Positions 1 through 11,879 of a DNA stretch of 64,000 bases are shown one piece after another (position 1 is the first letter of the stretch; each line of letters begins with the position of its first letter). Both the position numbers and the translations under genes were made by a program. The notes under the pieces are model-generated. The model ran no database searches, was not told the DNA's origin, and saw only the letters and a list, made by a program, of their open reading frames with translations. The DNA comes from Mytilus trossulus. Taxonomy: Eukaryota. The DNA lies in contig NC_086374.1 in the NCBI RefSeq assembly GCF_036588685.1, forward strand, positions 47,678,001 to 47,742,000. The letters run 5' to 3'.

Positions 1-1958
1 CAGTTTCAAAAGGGTCATGTGTTTTTAAGTGCCTTCGCATACTGCTGCGATCGTTGAAACCCCTACCACAAATATGACAGGAGTAAGGTTTTTCTCCAGT
101 ATGTATAAGTAGATGTCCCTTAAGATGGTGAGGGAATCCAAACCCTTTACCACATATTGAACAAAGAAAGGGTTTTTCACCTGTATGTGTTCTCATGTGT
201 CCAATCAGCTCTGCTTTTCGATTACAAACTTTATCACACCTGTCACAAGCATGTCGTTTAGGACCAGTGTGAACTTTCAAATGCCTTTTAAGTTCAATTT
301 TTTTACTAAATTGTTCTCCACATGTGGAACAAATATGAAACTGTTCTTTTGCATGAATTCTGGCATGTGACCTCAAGATTTTTTTAGTTTTATATTGTTG
401 CCCACAAACACCACAGATGTGAATAACATCTTTGTTATGTGATTTTGTATGCATTTGTAGTTCTTTCTTTTTACTAAACCTTTGATCACATGTAGTACAT
501 GTGTACTTCAAATCTTCAATCTTTTCAACATTTTGCCTGATCTTTTTTGGTTTTGTTCCTTTTCTTTTTCTCCTATTTTGGACTTCTCCAGTGTTCACAT
601 TTTCATTTGCATCATTTAATTCAGACATGTCATTTTCTGCATTAAAAATATACATGACAGGATCTTCTTGATCAGTTTCATCTTGATAAGGAATCTGGTC
701 AGTAACCCCATCTGTTCTGTCTTTCAATTCGTTCGATTTATTATCTGAAAAAAATTCCATTCCTATTATTTTGAGAATGCATTCTGTAAATGACAATATT
801 TCAAAGTAATAATGACAGTGATTTAGCTAGCACTCGTCACTTTCATAATTTACGATATGGTTTTCGCATTGACGAAAGTATTTGAAATCAATTTCGTCAC
901 TTTAATTTTGAAAGTGTTAAAATATTTTTCACATCAAAAACCTGTCTTTTTGTCTTTGACAAGTTTATGACCCCCAGGTTATTTTACATTTGCAACGGTG
1001 TCTTCTCATTTATCCAACTTTTTAAAATAAGGCATTCTCATTTAGTATACATCAATAAGACAGCAACCAAACAAAACAAATAACTACAAAGAAGGGACAT
1101 AATCCTTTCATAACAAAATATATGTATAGATTATAACATGCCTTTTTCCATATTGGCCTCGAGGCTTTAGCCGAGGGGCGATATGGTTCGAGGGGTGATA
1201 CCAGGGCCAATATGGAAAATACATGCTATAATCTTTTTATCACATATTTATGTTCTGCAGAAAAGAGAAAACAAGGTCAATTATAACAATTTAAAGAAAG
1301 ATAAAAGGTAAAACCTTAAACATTTTATCACAAACTTGTCGTTAAGGATGCAATGACGCGACATCATTTAGAATCAGGGCACAATATCAATATCTCTTTT
1401 TTGCCCCAGGCAATTTTGAGGTATTGCATATGCAAAACCCGATGTATTCGTTACAAATATGTGATCAAGCACTTTATACAGCACACAATTGCAAAACTTA
1501 TCTATTAGCAACTCTAAGCAATGTTGCAAAATACCTTCATCTTTTACAGCTGTCTTGTCTATGTATGTCCATTCCTCAGTATACCCATTGAGTATATTGT
1601 TTCCACTTTCACTTTTAGGGGAACAGGGTTCCTGCTTTATTTCATCTAACAATTTGTTTCTGGAATCATCTGTATTTCTATCTCTGCTGTTGCTAAATGT
1701 AGTGGGATTACTTATTAACTCTTGTAGATTTTCATAATTTTTATATACAGTAGATTCAATTGCATTGTCAACAACTTCCTGTTTTATAATTAGCATAGAA
1801 TCTACTGACTGCTTTCTTCCTGGAACACTGGAACCTTTTCCATCATACAATTCACACTCCATATCTACATGTATTAAACAGGTTTAGAGCGATACAAATT
1901 TTCTGGTGCTCTTTATTGATTCTGTTACAAATGTACCACTGCCATGACTGAGTTTCAT
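1..1958 (-). CDS. C2H2 zinc-finger protein, 3' end outside the window. Exons 1864-1535 and 744-<1, plus a possible micro-exon 1960-1937
   Basis: Reverse strand of 744-1 reads open: ...[106 protein letters not shown] = 6 C2H2 fingers with TGEKP linkers. Donor GAAG|GTAT at 1535/1534 and acceptor tttcag|AT at 745/744 are both phase 1 and join in frame. The upstream exon has SUMO-type IKQE motifs twice. The start codon is uncertain (1958 or 1862). Confidence 0.9.
1128..1234. mobile_element. Short palindromic MITE-like hairpin in the ZF intron
   Basis: AGATTATAACATG..TTTTCCATATTGGCC is inverted against GGCCAATATGGAAAA..CATGCTATAATCT. Confidence 0.55.
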
Positions 1959-2494
1959 ATCTAAAAATAAAAATACATCCCATTAGACATTGTAGACTAT
2001 CAAAATAATCATGGCTTAACATTTTTGCTAAATGGATTTGTGAGAGAGAAAAAAACAGTTGCAGATATTAGATCCATCTTTCAAAATGTGTGATGCTTTA
2101 TTAATCTATTTATTTTTTTACTTTTGTGTCATGTACATTTATATGCATTTACACAAAACATAAAAAACAAAAAATCTTTGCAGAGTTTAAATTGCTATAA
2201 AATATAAAACTTTAAACAACACTAAAATGGTTTGCTGAGCGCAGCCTGATACAATGCCAGAGGTCAAACCCTGAACAGTTGGGGCAAATTTGGACACAAT
2301 ATTCAAGCTTGATAATGTCATGACTGTCTTAATTTGGATTAAAATGTAATAAATTTTTTGACATAACATCATGAACATAGGTTTATGACACAAAATAAAT
2401 GTGGTGAAATTTAAATATCTTACAAATCTATTGTGACATACTGTGTTATTGAGGATTTCTTCTTGAAACATGTAATATAAAGTTTTATGCCGGG

Positions 2495-2630
2495 CTCAGT
2501 AAAAATAATTATGACATCCTGAAAGGCTATTACATGTATATCTTTTTCTTTGACGCCTTACATCGACACAGAAAGGCATCAAAGCAAAAATTTAAATAGC
2601 CTTCAAAGACGTCATAATTATTTGGACTAT
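2495..2630. mobile_element. Palindromic MITE of the TAGTCCAAATAATTATGACGTC family, degenerate
   Basis: AATAATTATGACATC..GGCTATT is inverted against AATAGCC..GACGTCATAATTATTTGGACTA. Same family as 19859 and 20267-20395. Confidence 0.6.
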
Positions 2631-4094
2631 GCCAAAGAAGAGCCATGGAGCTATCACATCCATAAATAAAGCCAACAGCATTATACCGCTGTTCAACTCA
2701 TAAATCGATAGAAGAAAACAAATCCGGGTACAAACTAAAACCATGCAAAACTGAGGGAAACGCATTAAATATAAGAGAACAATGACACAACATTAAAATG
2801 TACATATGTACAAATGTAACACACACAGAAACAAACTAAGCATTAGACAAAATCAGAAGAGAATAACAAATATAACATCAAAGCTAAATACATCATTTTT
2901 ATACATAAATTTGGGATAGAAAGTACCGTGACACGTCTTATAATATTAATGTAAATTCACACTCATATATAAGGAGAAACAAACAACACAAAAGAAACAC
3001 AACGTTAAAATGTAACACACACAGAAACGAACTATTATATAACAATGGCCATATTCCTGACTTGTTACAGAACATTTTTTAAAAAGAAAAAAATGGTGGG
3101 TTGAACCTGGTTTTGTGGCATGCCAAACCTCCCCGGCTCCCCCTTTAATGGCAATGTTAAATATAACATTAAAATGACAACACAACATAACAGGACTACA
3201 ACACAAATAAATAGGAAAACATATTGGACAAAGAAACAATCGAATAAAAGCTAACAAAAGGTACCAGATTTAAACTTTAATATGCCAGGAGTGCGTAGTT
3301 TGTCCACACAAACATGACAAAGACGCCAAGATACAAAAGTTCGAAAGCCAAACCAATTACAAAGTTGATCTTCAACAGCAAAAGTTCAAAAAAGCTGATC
3401 CAAACACAGGCAGGGTTTTCTGCTTGGGATAAGAACATCCTTATTATTTAGAATAATTTATACTTTTGCAAACAGTTTACTGTAAATTTTATAAAATGCC
3501 TATATAAAAGATATACATGATTAAAAATTGAAATATTAACTAATTTCAGGAAAGAAAAAAAAAACGAACCGAAAAACAATTTACATTACATAAAACAACA
3601 TAATCCAACACAATAGACACACCCGAGTTAATCAAGGCCTCAACCCAAAAAGTGACGTCACATTTGAAATTGTAAAAACGGACAAAAAGTGACGTCACAA
3701 ACAGCACACAAAAATTACGTCACATTCTGACATTAGAATGAATAAAAACTGCAAATGTAAAATATCAAACAAATTACGTTGAACAAAATCAAATTAAATA
3801 AATGAAAGTGGCGATTAATTTTCTCTGACATAACACATGAATACAACAGAAATGACATCATTCAAGACATTTGACAAAATGCGATGAGAATTACAAATAT
3901 AACATCAAAACTAAATACATGAATTTGGGATAGAAAAGTACCGTAACACGTCTTAAAGCTACAATTCACACTCAGCAAAACAGTCACAATCGAGAATAAG
4001 TCATGTTTGGTAATTAAAAGATTAGACTCCACAATATAACATGTGGTAAAGATGTCCTAAGCTAGGTTGGACAAAGACACATCGTATGGATCAA

Positions 4095-6002
4095 CAGGGC
4101 TCACGCTACCAGGTAACTTGGGCGAAGAAGTCGCTTTCCTGACCGTCACTTTGCTTTCCCCAACCCACAAAAGCGAAAACAAGTCGCCCTGTTGTTAACA
4201 ATACTTTCAGTCTCTTCCGTCATCGAACATTTAAAATTTTTACCAAGTTGATGAAGTTGATGAAACATCAACTTTTTATTGATAATTAAAGAAATTCAGA
4301 CATTAACGATTCATTATCTTAAGAAAAGAGGTTGAAGCATTGTTTTTGCAGTGTGTAGCAAGTTATTTAATAAAAAAAAATTATCACTTGGTGCACTTCC
4401 GCAAGTTCCGGTGCTTGTTACTCGAAAACGTACATCAACCTAACTTTCGGCTGCAAAATAGGTTTGTTACTTCATCTAAACCTGATAAAAGTTGCCTCCA
4501 GTAAGTGTTCAATCCATTTATTGCATTAATAACATCATGATCCTTTCCATATAACTTGTCAAACATCATTTATTTTTGTAAATTTTCTTGCATTTGTCCG
4601 CCATTGACCGATTTCTAAACTACCGATAGGAAACGGACCAGCTACATGTACCGTATTTATTCTATTTAAAGCCCCCCTTCTAATTAACGCCCCCTACCGA
4701 AAATAGTGTGTTCAGAACTTTTGACTTCTAACAAACGCCCCCATTTTGTAGTTAAACAAATAAATTTGGTCTATTTCAGTAAAATTTTAAGTTTTTCAAT
4801 ATCAGTATCGTTCCCGGAAAATGTGTTTATGCAAGGTATTTCAAGTACGATATTAAAAAACTTGCTTCCAGTCCCAGTCGCGTTGATTTTACCTCCCCTT
4901 TTTAAGAAAAAAAGTTGAAGATTTTACTATGTTCAATCAGCACGTGGCCTACACATTTTTCTTCATTTCCAATGACAAAGACGAGTTTGAAGGCAAATTT
5001 ATCGTTTGGATTAGCTTCCTCTTGTTCATATCTTAGTTTTGTCGCCATTTGCATAACTCCAGATACTTTTGGATACATAATAACCCCTAATTCAGCTGTT
5101 GAAATTATGTTCCATTGATGTTGACGCTTGTTCATTCGAAAATTTTAACAAATTATTACAAGAGGTCACATTACTGATAAACGCTATTTATAGATTATGG
5201 AGACAATAAGAAACACGTGTATGTTACTATAGTCTGTTTCAACAAAATTCAGGTAAAGGTCAATGAAGTAAGGTACGAAATTGGTTTCTCTAATTGACGC
5301 CCCCCTTTCGGAAATTGTCTTCGCCCCCAGGGCGTTTAATAGAATAAATACGGTATGACCAAAATCCATATTTTAAAAAAAATTACTACAGATGCAAGGA
5401 TGGAACAGCTGACAGAAGAATATTGATCCCAAAAGGAAAAATTACGCATTCCACACGCATTAAAAGACTTTTGGTTACATCTAAATAAACTCATCATTGA
5501 TTGGTGTATATAATTCCCTATAATTTATATGGATTGTTGTAAACTATTGTAAAATTAATTGCTTAACTTGACTGTTACACTAATATCAATATTTTATGGC
5601 CCAGCTTACCTTTATATATCTTTTGCTGAGAAACACTGAATTTCATACCAAAGATTAATTAAATTGTAATTGATATATTATAATTTCTTTATCTTTAAAA
5701 AAAAAATATTTTTTTTTAGTGCTTGATATTCATGATATTTAATTTGTAGTTTCTCACAAGGACCTTGGTAAAATTTAAACAACTTTTAATTTGAAATGTT
5801 ACTTTAATTTTTTACTCAGATATGAATTTAACAATATAAAAAGAACATTATTTACAAATGACCGTTTATACTACAATAAAATCCAAACATTGTAGCGCGC
5901 CGCACAAAAGAGCACTTCTCTTTCAAATCTCACCACTTCTCCCTATTAGTTTCAAAAAGAGAAGTCACTTCTCCCTATAATTCTGAAGAAGTGTGAGCCC
6001 TG
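4095..6002. mobile_element. Non-autonomous DNA transposon, hAT-like with a 5-bp TSD
   Basis: Terminal inverted repeat CAGGGCTCAC / GTGAGCCCTG, flanked by a direct ATCAA at 4090-4094 and 6003-6007. Removing it restores the Penelope-like reading frame. Confidence 0.8.
4651..5353 (-). mobile_element. Tc1/mariner(pogo)-like non-autonomous element carrying a decayed HIRAN-like coding remnant
   Basis: TA|CCGTATTTATTCTATT ... AATAGAATAAATACGG|TA. The internal minus-strand peptide with a frameshift reads S*IRGYYVSKSIW / LRYEQEEANPNDKFAFK..VGHV. Confidence 0.75.
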
Positions 6003-6236
6003 ATCAAACAATTCGTGATGGTGTCTGTAAAATTTACAGAGTGTCAATTTTAAATTATCTGTTTTCCTCATAACTCTGTTGGAGCAGTTACTGCATATAT
6101 GGAGCACACTCCTGTTTATGAAGTCCATATAGTGTGAACAAGCATCAGAATAACGTATCAATTGAGATATGTAAACACCATACGAAGGGGCAGAGGGGAT
6201 GATACTGCTGAGAAATGGGAAATTGAGGATAACACG

Positions 6237-6287
6237 AATGACCGAATAACATGAATGACCGAATAACATGAATGACCGAATAACATT
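6237..6287. repeat. 17-bp tandem repeat x3 (AATGACCGAATAACATG)
   Basis: Seen directly in the sequence. Confidence 0.8.
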
Positions 6288-6310
6288 ACTGGAATAACAC
6301 TTGTAATGAC

Positions 6311-6585
6311 TAGTCCAAGATTACTCTGACGTCCAACAGCTGTTTTGCCAGACAAGCTGGGGCCGTGGGACGTCAGAGTTCATCCCCTATCAAAAAGTGG
6401 ATATTTGCACACCCAAAATAGATGCGCTGCTTTGTCACTTCTGCAGCCGACTGAGGGCCTTGGAATTATATAAATTGGGCATCAATCTCTTCATTTTTCA
6501 TTTATCTCTTCATTTACGTAAGTTTCACCTACCTGCCAACCTCTATTTTTCTATAGCCGTTGGACGTCAGAGTAATCTCGGACTA
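6311..6585. mobile_element. MITE with TAGTCC termini and an 8-bp TSD
   Basis: TIR TAGTCCAAGATTACTCTGACGTCCAAC / GTTGGACGTCAGAGTAATCTCGGACTA. GTAATGAC is duplicated at 6303-6310 and 6586-6593. Confidence 0.85.
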
Positions 6586-7517
6586 GTAATGACCGAATAA
6601 CAGTTGAAATTTTAACAATAGCACATATTGGTGACTTTTAAACATTGATTTTTAAATAATGATATATAATCGATGCATTTCATAACTTAAAAATGATTTA
6701 CAGATAGCAGATAATTTCATAAAGATCATTTTAATGTACATCAAATATGGGGGCCATTGTGATTTCTGGTACTAGGTCCGTTTGTGTAGTAGTATCCATT
6801 TGAAACTATCAGACCTATCATTTGAAGTCTGAGAGTTCTTGCTGTTCTCCTAATGGTTTTAGTAGTTTCTTTCCGAGATCCTTTTCAGTAGGATTTTCGG
6901 CTTTCCTCTACCTTGATACAGCAGGGCATTTGGTAGTGTCGGTTTTGATAGATTTTGTCCTAACTGATTCCTCGTTATTACCTTAGACGTATTTTACCAA
7001 GGCATTTGTGGGGTATCCAGGTCGACCCTATCCCATTTATTGATTTAAAACACACATATATTAAAAAAGGATATTTGATACATAGAAAAAATACACTTTA
7101 TATACTTTGAGGACTGAGCAAATCAGGTGAGACAGAGTGTGTGAGTTCGTATGTTTTATTTTGTTATATTTTATGTTAAGGGATGGTTAACTTTCTGGTA
7201 ATAAGACCTGTCACGGCCTGGCTGGGGAATTGGGTAGGCAAATGCTCACATTAATCTGTACCGATACAGGCTCCAAATACTTCCTTTATACGCCATAATA
7301 TATGGTGGTAATCCTTATAAAGGATGCTTATACGGAGACAAGAAGAAGAAGGAAAGCGTCCCGTTTATCATAGATTTTCGTGCGAAAAAACACATACACA
7401 TCCGAGTATTTTTTATATTTTGTCCTTATCGTTCTTATAATTGATTAAAACAGTGTGTGAAATAGAACTATGGACACCTGTTTGCTCTTTAATACAAGAG
7501 GATAATTATTGTTTTAC

Positions 7518-7620
7518 CACTGTTTTCTTCCTTTCTGATTTGCCGGAAGTACCGCTACCACAACTAATTACTACACGTATTCGGAATTATCAAGTGCGGA
7601 CTACGGAATATAACTCTATC
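7518..7620 (-). promoter_or_regulatory. Candidate promoter and non-coding first exon of the ZF gene
   Basis: ETS-type CCGGAAGT at 7543-7550, ACTAC motifs, locally raised CpG, and a minus-strand donor GTG|GTAAAA at 7518/7517. Inference only. Confidence 0.35.
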
Positions 7621-7880
7621 ACAGGCAAAACAAAACAAAACGTATTTGTCGGGCAATTTTCAAAATCCGTTCATATTTTAGCAGGAACAAAAGTCAGCTA
7701 TACCAGTGTTACGGCGAGTCTATGTTTTGGAACAGTATGTGCCTTTAAAATGGACTGTTTTAAAATTAACATTTATTAGTATTGTTGATATAAAATAAAA
7801 TTGTGGATACAAATGATTATTTAACATGTTTATATAAGTAGTTAGACCTACATTATTGCGCTGTAATTCATTGAATATAT

Positions 7881-8034
7881 CAGAGGCGGATTTAGAGGGG
7901 GGCCAGGGCCCCCCCCCCCTTTTGGGAAAAAATTGGTTGCTTATATAGGGAATCACTGAAGCGTGACTGGAGCGGGCCCCCTCTTAGGTCAGTCAGTGGG
8001 CCCCCACTTATGAAAATTTATGGATCCGCCACTG
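7881..8034. mobile_element. 154-bp MITE with CAG termini and a 5-bp TSD
   Basis: CAGAGGCGGAT / ATCCGCCACTG with TATAT on both sides. A degenerate relative lies near 18870-18945. Confidence 0.85.
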
Positions 8035-9100
8035 TATATTCATAGATTTTGTTGAATTTGCAACTCGATGTTAAGTGAAAGAGCGTTTAGATTTGTTTAG
8101 TATTAATTTTTGCAAGGATTTGTATAGTTTGACTGTCTAAAGTTCTCTACAAATCCTTGCCGGTAAATTTGTTAAGTGCTGAGATAAATAAGAGTACTGG
8201 AGTTGTTTTCATAAGCCATTTGGTTGACATAACAACCGCTCATTTTAGCTTTTATTTAAGAGCTTTACTGGTCTTGCACATACCTCAGTCACTATTTACA
8301 CGAAAGGTCTAGCACAGACTTCGCTGACTAACTGTTCTTGCACAGACCTCGCTCACCGCAGGCACATAATAATTATATATAAAGTTAGATATACTGTTTC
8401 CAGCTCGCCGTGGCCGTCTACACGAACTTGAGGTGTTGTCTACACGAACTTGAGGTGTAATTCATTTCACTGCATCTAGACACAATATTGTGTCTACAAT
8501 TATAATGCACCTAGACAAAGGTTAAAATGACAGATTAAGCTATGTCACTTTTATATGAATTTTAACTTGCTTTTTATATACTTACATGTTTCATGTTTTT
8601 ATCTTTACAAAATTGGTATTTGTCAAATTGTAATTTGCTAATAAACTATGAAAACTTGCTAGTGTTAATTTTTGCAAAACCAAATATGAAGGATCAGAGA
8701 CTTAGGATCTAGATTTGAACTCTTTAAGCAGAGTTCGAGGGGTAAACAGTTGGTTCAAATATGTCGAGCATGACACGGGAAATAAACAACGTAAAACCCC
8801 TCCGGTTACACCAGAAAATACAATATCATTATCTGTCTCTTGCTATATTGCATGCTCCCAGATTTTAGATATAAATTGGAAAAATATTTTATCAAATTAA
8901 TTCAATGTTAAATATTCTATAAATGAACTCTTTTAATACTACACTTATGTGTACATACAAAAAGCTCAATACAGTGATATATGTTGTTATAGAGGCCGAT
9001 TATTAACATCAACCCATGCCCATCATAACCACCTCTGATCATCGATAATCAGTCTAACTTGGCAAACATGCAACACTACATGGATTAGAAGTCTTGAATA

Positions 9101-10126
9101 AACAGCTGCGCCATGAGCGCATGATACGCCCGACGTCTTATGTGGAAGTTATATGCAATAATCATAAATAGTTTCTGAGAAAGTTTTAAGCAATAACCAT
9201 ATATAGTTTTTGAGACACGGCGGGAAACCCACCACCCTTTTTTTTTTGTTTACAAAAAACTAAATATCACTAAAATAAAATTTTGAACTTAAAACCAAAA
9301 AGTATACAGATCTTTAGATTAATATAACAAAGAAGTGTGTAAAGTTTAAAGCAATAATTATAAATTATTTTTGAGATACGGCGCGACATGTAAAAAAAAC
9401 TCCCCTGTTAAACAAAATACTCATTAACCCAAAAATAAAATTTTGAATCATCACCAAAAAGTATACAGATCTTTAGATCAATATAACAAAGAAGTGTGTA
9501 AAGTTTTAAGCAATAATCATAAATTGTTATAGAGATACGGCACAACATGTAAAAAAAACCTCCCCCTTTTTTACAAAATACTCAATCAATCAAAAATAAA
9601 ATTTTGAAAAAGTATACAGACCTTAAGATTAATATAACAAAGACATGTGTAAAGTTTGTAGCAATAATCATAAATCGATTTTGAGATATGGCGCGACATG
9701 TAAAAAAAACCCTCCCCCTTTTTTACAAAATACTCAATAACTCAAAAATGAAATTTTGAATCATCCCCAAAAAGTATACAGATATTAAGATTAATATAAC
9801 TAAGAAGTGTTTAAAGTTTTAAGCCATAATCAAGAATCGTTTTTGAGATACAGTGCGACATGTGAAAAAAACACACCCCTGTTTTAGTTACAAAGTGCCG
9901 CAAATCAAAAAGTTTAAATCTAATTTTCACCAAAAAGTATACAGATCATTTGACCATCATGAGAAACAACTATATTAAGTTTCATGAAATTTGGATATGT
10001 CGTTCTCAAGTTACGCCATGTTTACGCCGGACAGACAGAAAGACAGACGGACAGACGGACGGACGGACGGACACCGGACATGTGTATACCATTATACGTT
10101 CCGTCAAAATTTTGACGGGCGTATAT
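9101..10126 (+). mobile_element. Helentron-type non-autonomous element (HINE/Pearl-like) with about 5 tandem ~160-bp core repeats
   Basis: 5' sub-terminal TACGCCCG, tandem cores (GCAATAATCATAAAT-like motif near 9191, 9351, 9510, 9661, 9823), a (GACR)n microsatellite at ~10030-10075, and a 3' stem-loop TATACG..CCGTCAAAATTTTGACGGGCGTATA. Confidence 0.8.
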
Positions 10127-10249
10127 AAGGCATCTTTCTTATTTTATATTATATAAGTACGTCTGAGTCAGTGACAACTCTACAACAGATGTATCCATCG
10201 GATCGTCATCAATGATGGTGATACATGGCTGTGTACATAATGTATATAG

Positions 10250-10495
10250 TACTCGTCTAAACATCAACCCAACAATGTTAGACTCTGTAAATTTGCTTTC
10301 GCAATTTTTTGGTTCTTCCCTTGCCGGGATTCGAACCACACCAAATCGCCTGCACTGCAGCCGTCCCGCTAGACCACACAGATTTTAGTACCACACGACC
10401 ACCTGGGCCCTACAATAATAGAGCTTTCGCTGGCCGTGTGTTACCTTTCCTCGTCAGTTTTAATCTAGCGGCGTACTACAGTACATCATATACAT
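10250..10495 (-). mobile_element. tRNA-derived SINE-like repeat, family A
   Basis: Reverse complement of the 39580-39830 copy, with B box GGTTCGAATCC on the - strand. Confidence 0.75.
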
Positions 10496-10630
10496 CTTCA
10501 TGCCTTATATATCATGTACAATTAAACATATTTAGTTGTGGTATAAACTTTCAATTTACGCCCACAGAGACCCAACACTGAACAGTTGGGGCAAAAATCA
10601 CCGGGACACACTATTTAAGCTTGATACAGG

Positions 10631-10669
10631 CAATGATTTGTATAGTTAGTCTAAGTATACAAATCCTTG
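10631..10669. mobile_element. 39-bp hairpin mini-element with a 7-bp TSD
   Basis: CAATGATTTGTATA...TATACAAATCCTTG flanked by ATACAGG on both sides. Relatives at 8113-8159 and 17332-17365. Confidence 0.65.
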
Positions 10670-11254
10670 ATACAGGTCTGAGTTTGGATTGTAATTATTT
10701 ATTTGACATATTACAGGTTTCAGAATAAATGTAGTCAAAGAAATTGGTTATATGAATTGAATTTATATTCAATTAAAGATCTCTTGTTGTTGCACTTTGC
10801 TGTTGCGCAATACTTAGTAAATCTGTTGTCAGGCTATAATCAAATAAAGTTCAATTTCTTCTCAATATGTCGTATTTTAAATTTATGAAAATCAATAGGG
10901 AGATTACATCAATATCTATAAACAATTCATCAAAGTTCACGTGAACTACTGAAAGCATTTTTTAGTTATTGTGACCTAAAACTGGAAACCCCCATGTTTT
11001 ATGAATAAAACCTTGTAACTCGGAAAAGTTAAATCTAAAATTTATAAAAATCGAAAGGGAGTTCTGTAGTAATTCAATTTCAATAACAAATCAAGTACTG
11101 TAAAATACAGGTGGTACCTAAATATTACAATAATTCTTAAGTAACAAAATAGTACTACAGATTTCTGATACAGAAATAGTACTTATGCAAAAGTAGCTGT
11201 GTACCAGAACTTTGGACCTCAATCAATAAATTCTTTAGACCTTAACATAAAGCC

Positions 11255-11350
11255 ATTCTTGTGACCTATAGTTGTTAATGTTTGTGTCATTTTGGTCTTT
11301 TGTGGATAGTTGTCTCATTGGCAATCATACCACATGTTCTTTTTTATATT
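11255..11350 (+). repeat. Highly dispersed short repeat end (TTGTCTCATTGGCAATCATACCACATCTTCTTTTT)
   Basis: The same motif recurs in either orientation near 13260, 14150, 19130, 24440, 29360, 29560, 32120, 43470 and 61220. Confidence 0.75.
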
Positions 11351-11879
11351 CCCCATGCCAGTTTCCCCCGTGGGAAGACTGACATGAACCATTCTTTCAT
11401 CCGGGGAAATCAAGCTTGGATCAGTTATTCTTCCTCTGCGGAAAGTTGACGATACGTATACATATACATTTAGTAACTTTTCCCCCACAATAGATTTCAC
11501 TATGTTTATAGTCTGGAAACTAAACCGAACAGTGTAGAATTAGATTTTATTTGTAAATATATACAAATTTGTTGTTCATTTACATTTACACAAGTCTGTC
11601 TACATGTTTATCAGTCTGTTTTTTTTTGTCAACAAGTCATTCTTTCTGTTCGCTATGCATGATTGATTGGTGTGTAATGCCACTTTCAGCACTGTTGGTT
11701 ATTTTGTAGCAGTGACAGATTTTTTGGCGAAGAAATTTAAAGTCGAAGAGTTCAGAGAGAACCACCATTTCTGGAAAAACGACAATCGTAATCAATTAAG
11801 ATAGGATTCGAACGCACATTTATCATACTATTATAATAGATGTTAAGATATAAAGAGACAAACATGCTCCCCCCACTCA

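Larger units (their letters stand above)
4040..6230 (-). mobile_element. Decayed Penelope-like retroelement C-terminal fragment, split by the insertion at 4095-6002
   Basis: 6230-6003 reads NFPFLSSIIPSAPSYGVYISQLIRYSDACSHY...FYRHHHELFD and continues at 4089-4040 as PYDVSLSNLA*DIF. This parallels the intact copy at 57883-58130 (HHELVDRYGITVSQMISDMF). Confidence 0.7.

Noticed and set aside
185-370. ORF-track ORFs 185-370 and 1489-1737 (+)
   Set aside because: Antisense shadows of the zinc-finger exons
6750-7260. Possible extra ZF exon or LTR relic
   Set aside because: The minus-strand frames I read contain stops, and I found no paired LTR or convincing primer-binding site
7441-7779. 112-aa ORF
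   Set aside because: TTG start, no motif, no supporting exon chain
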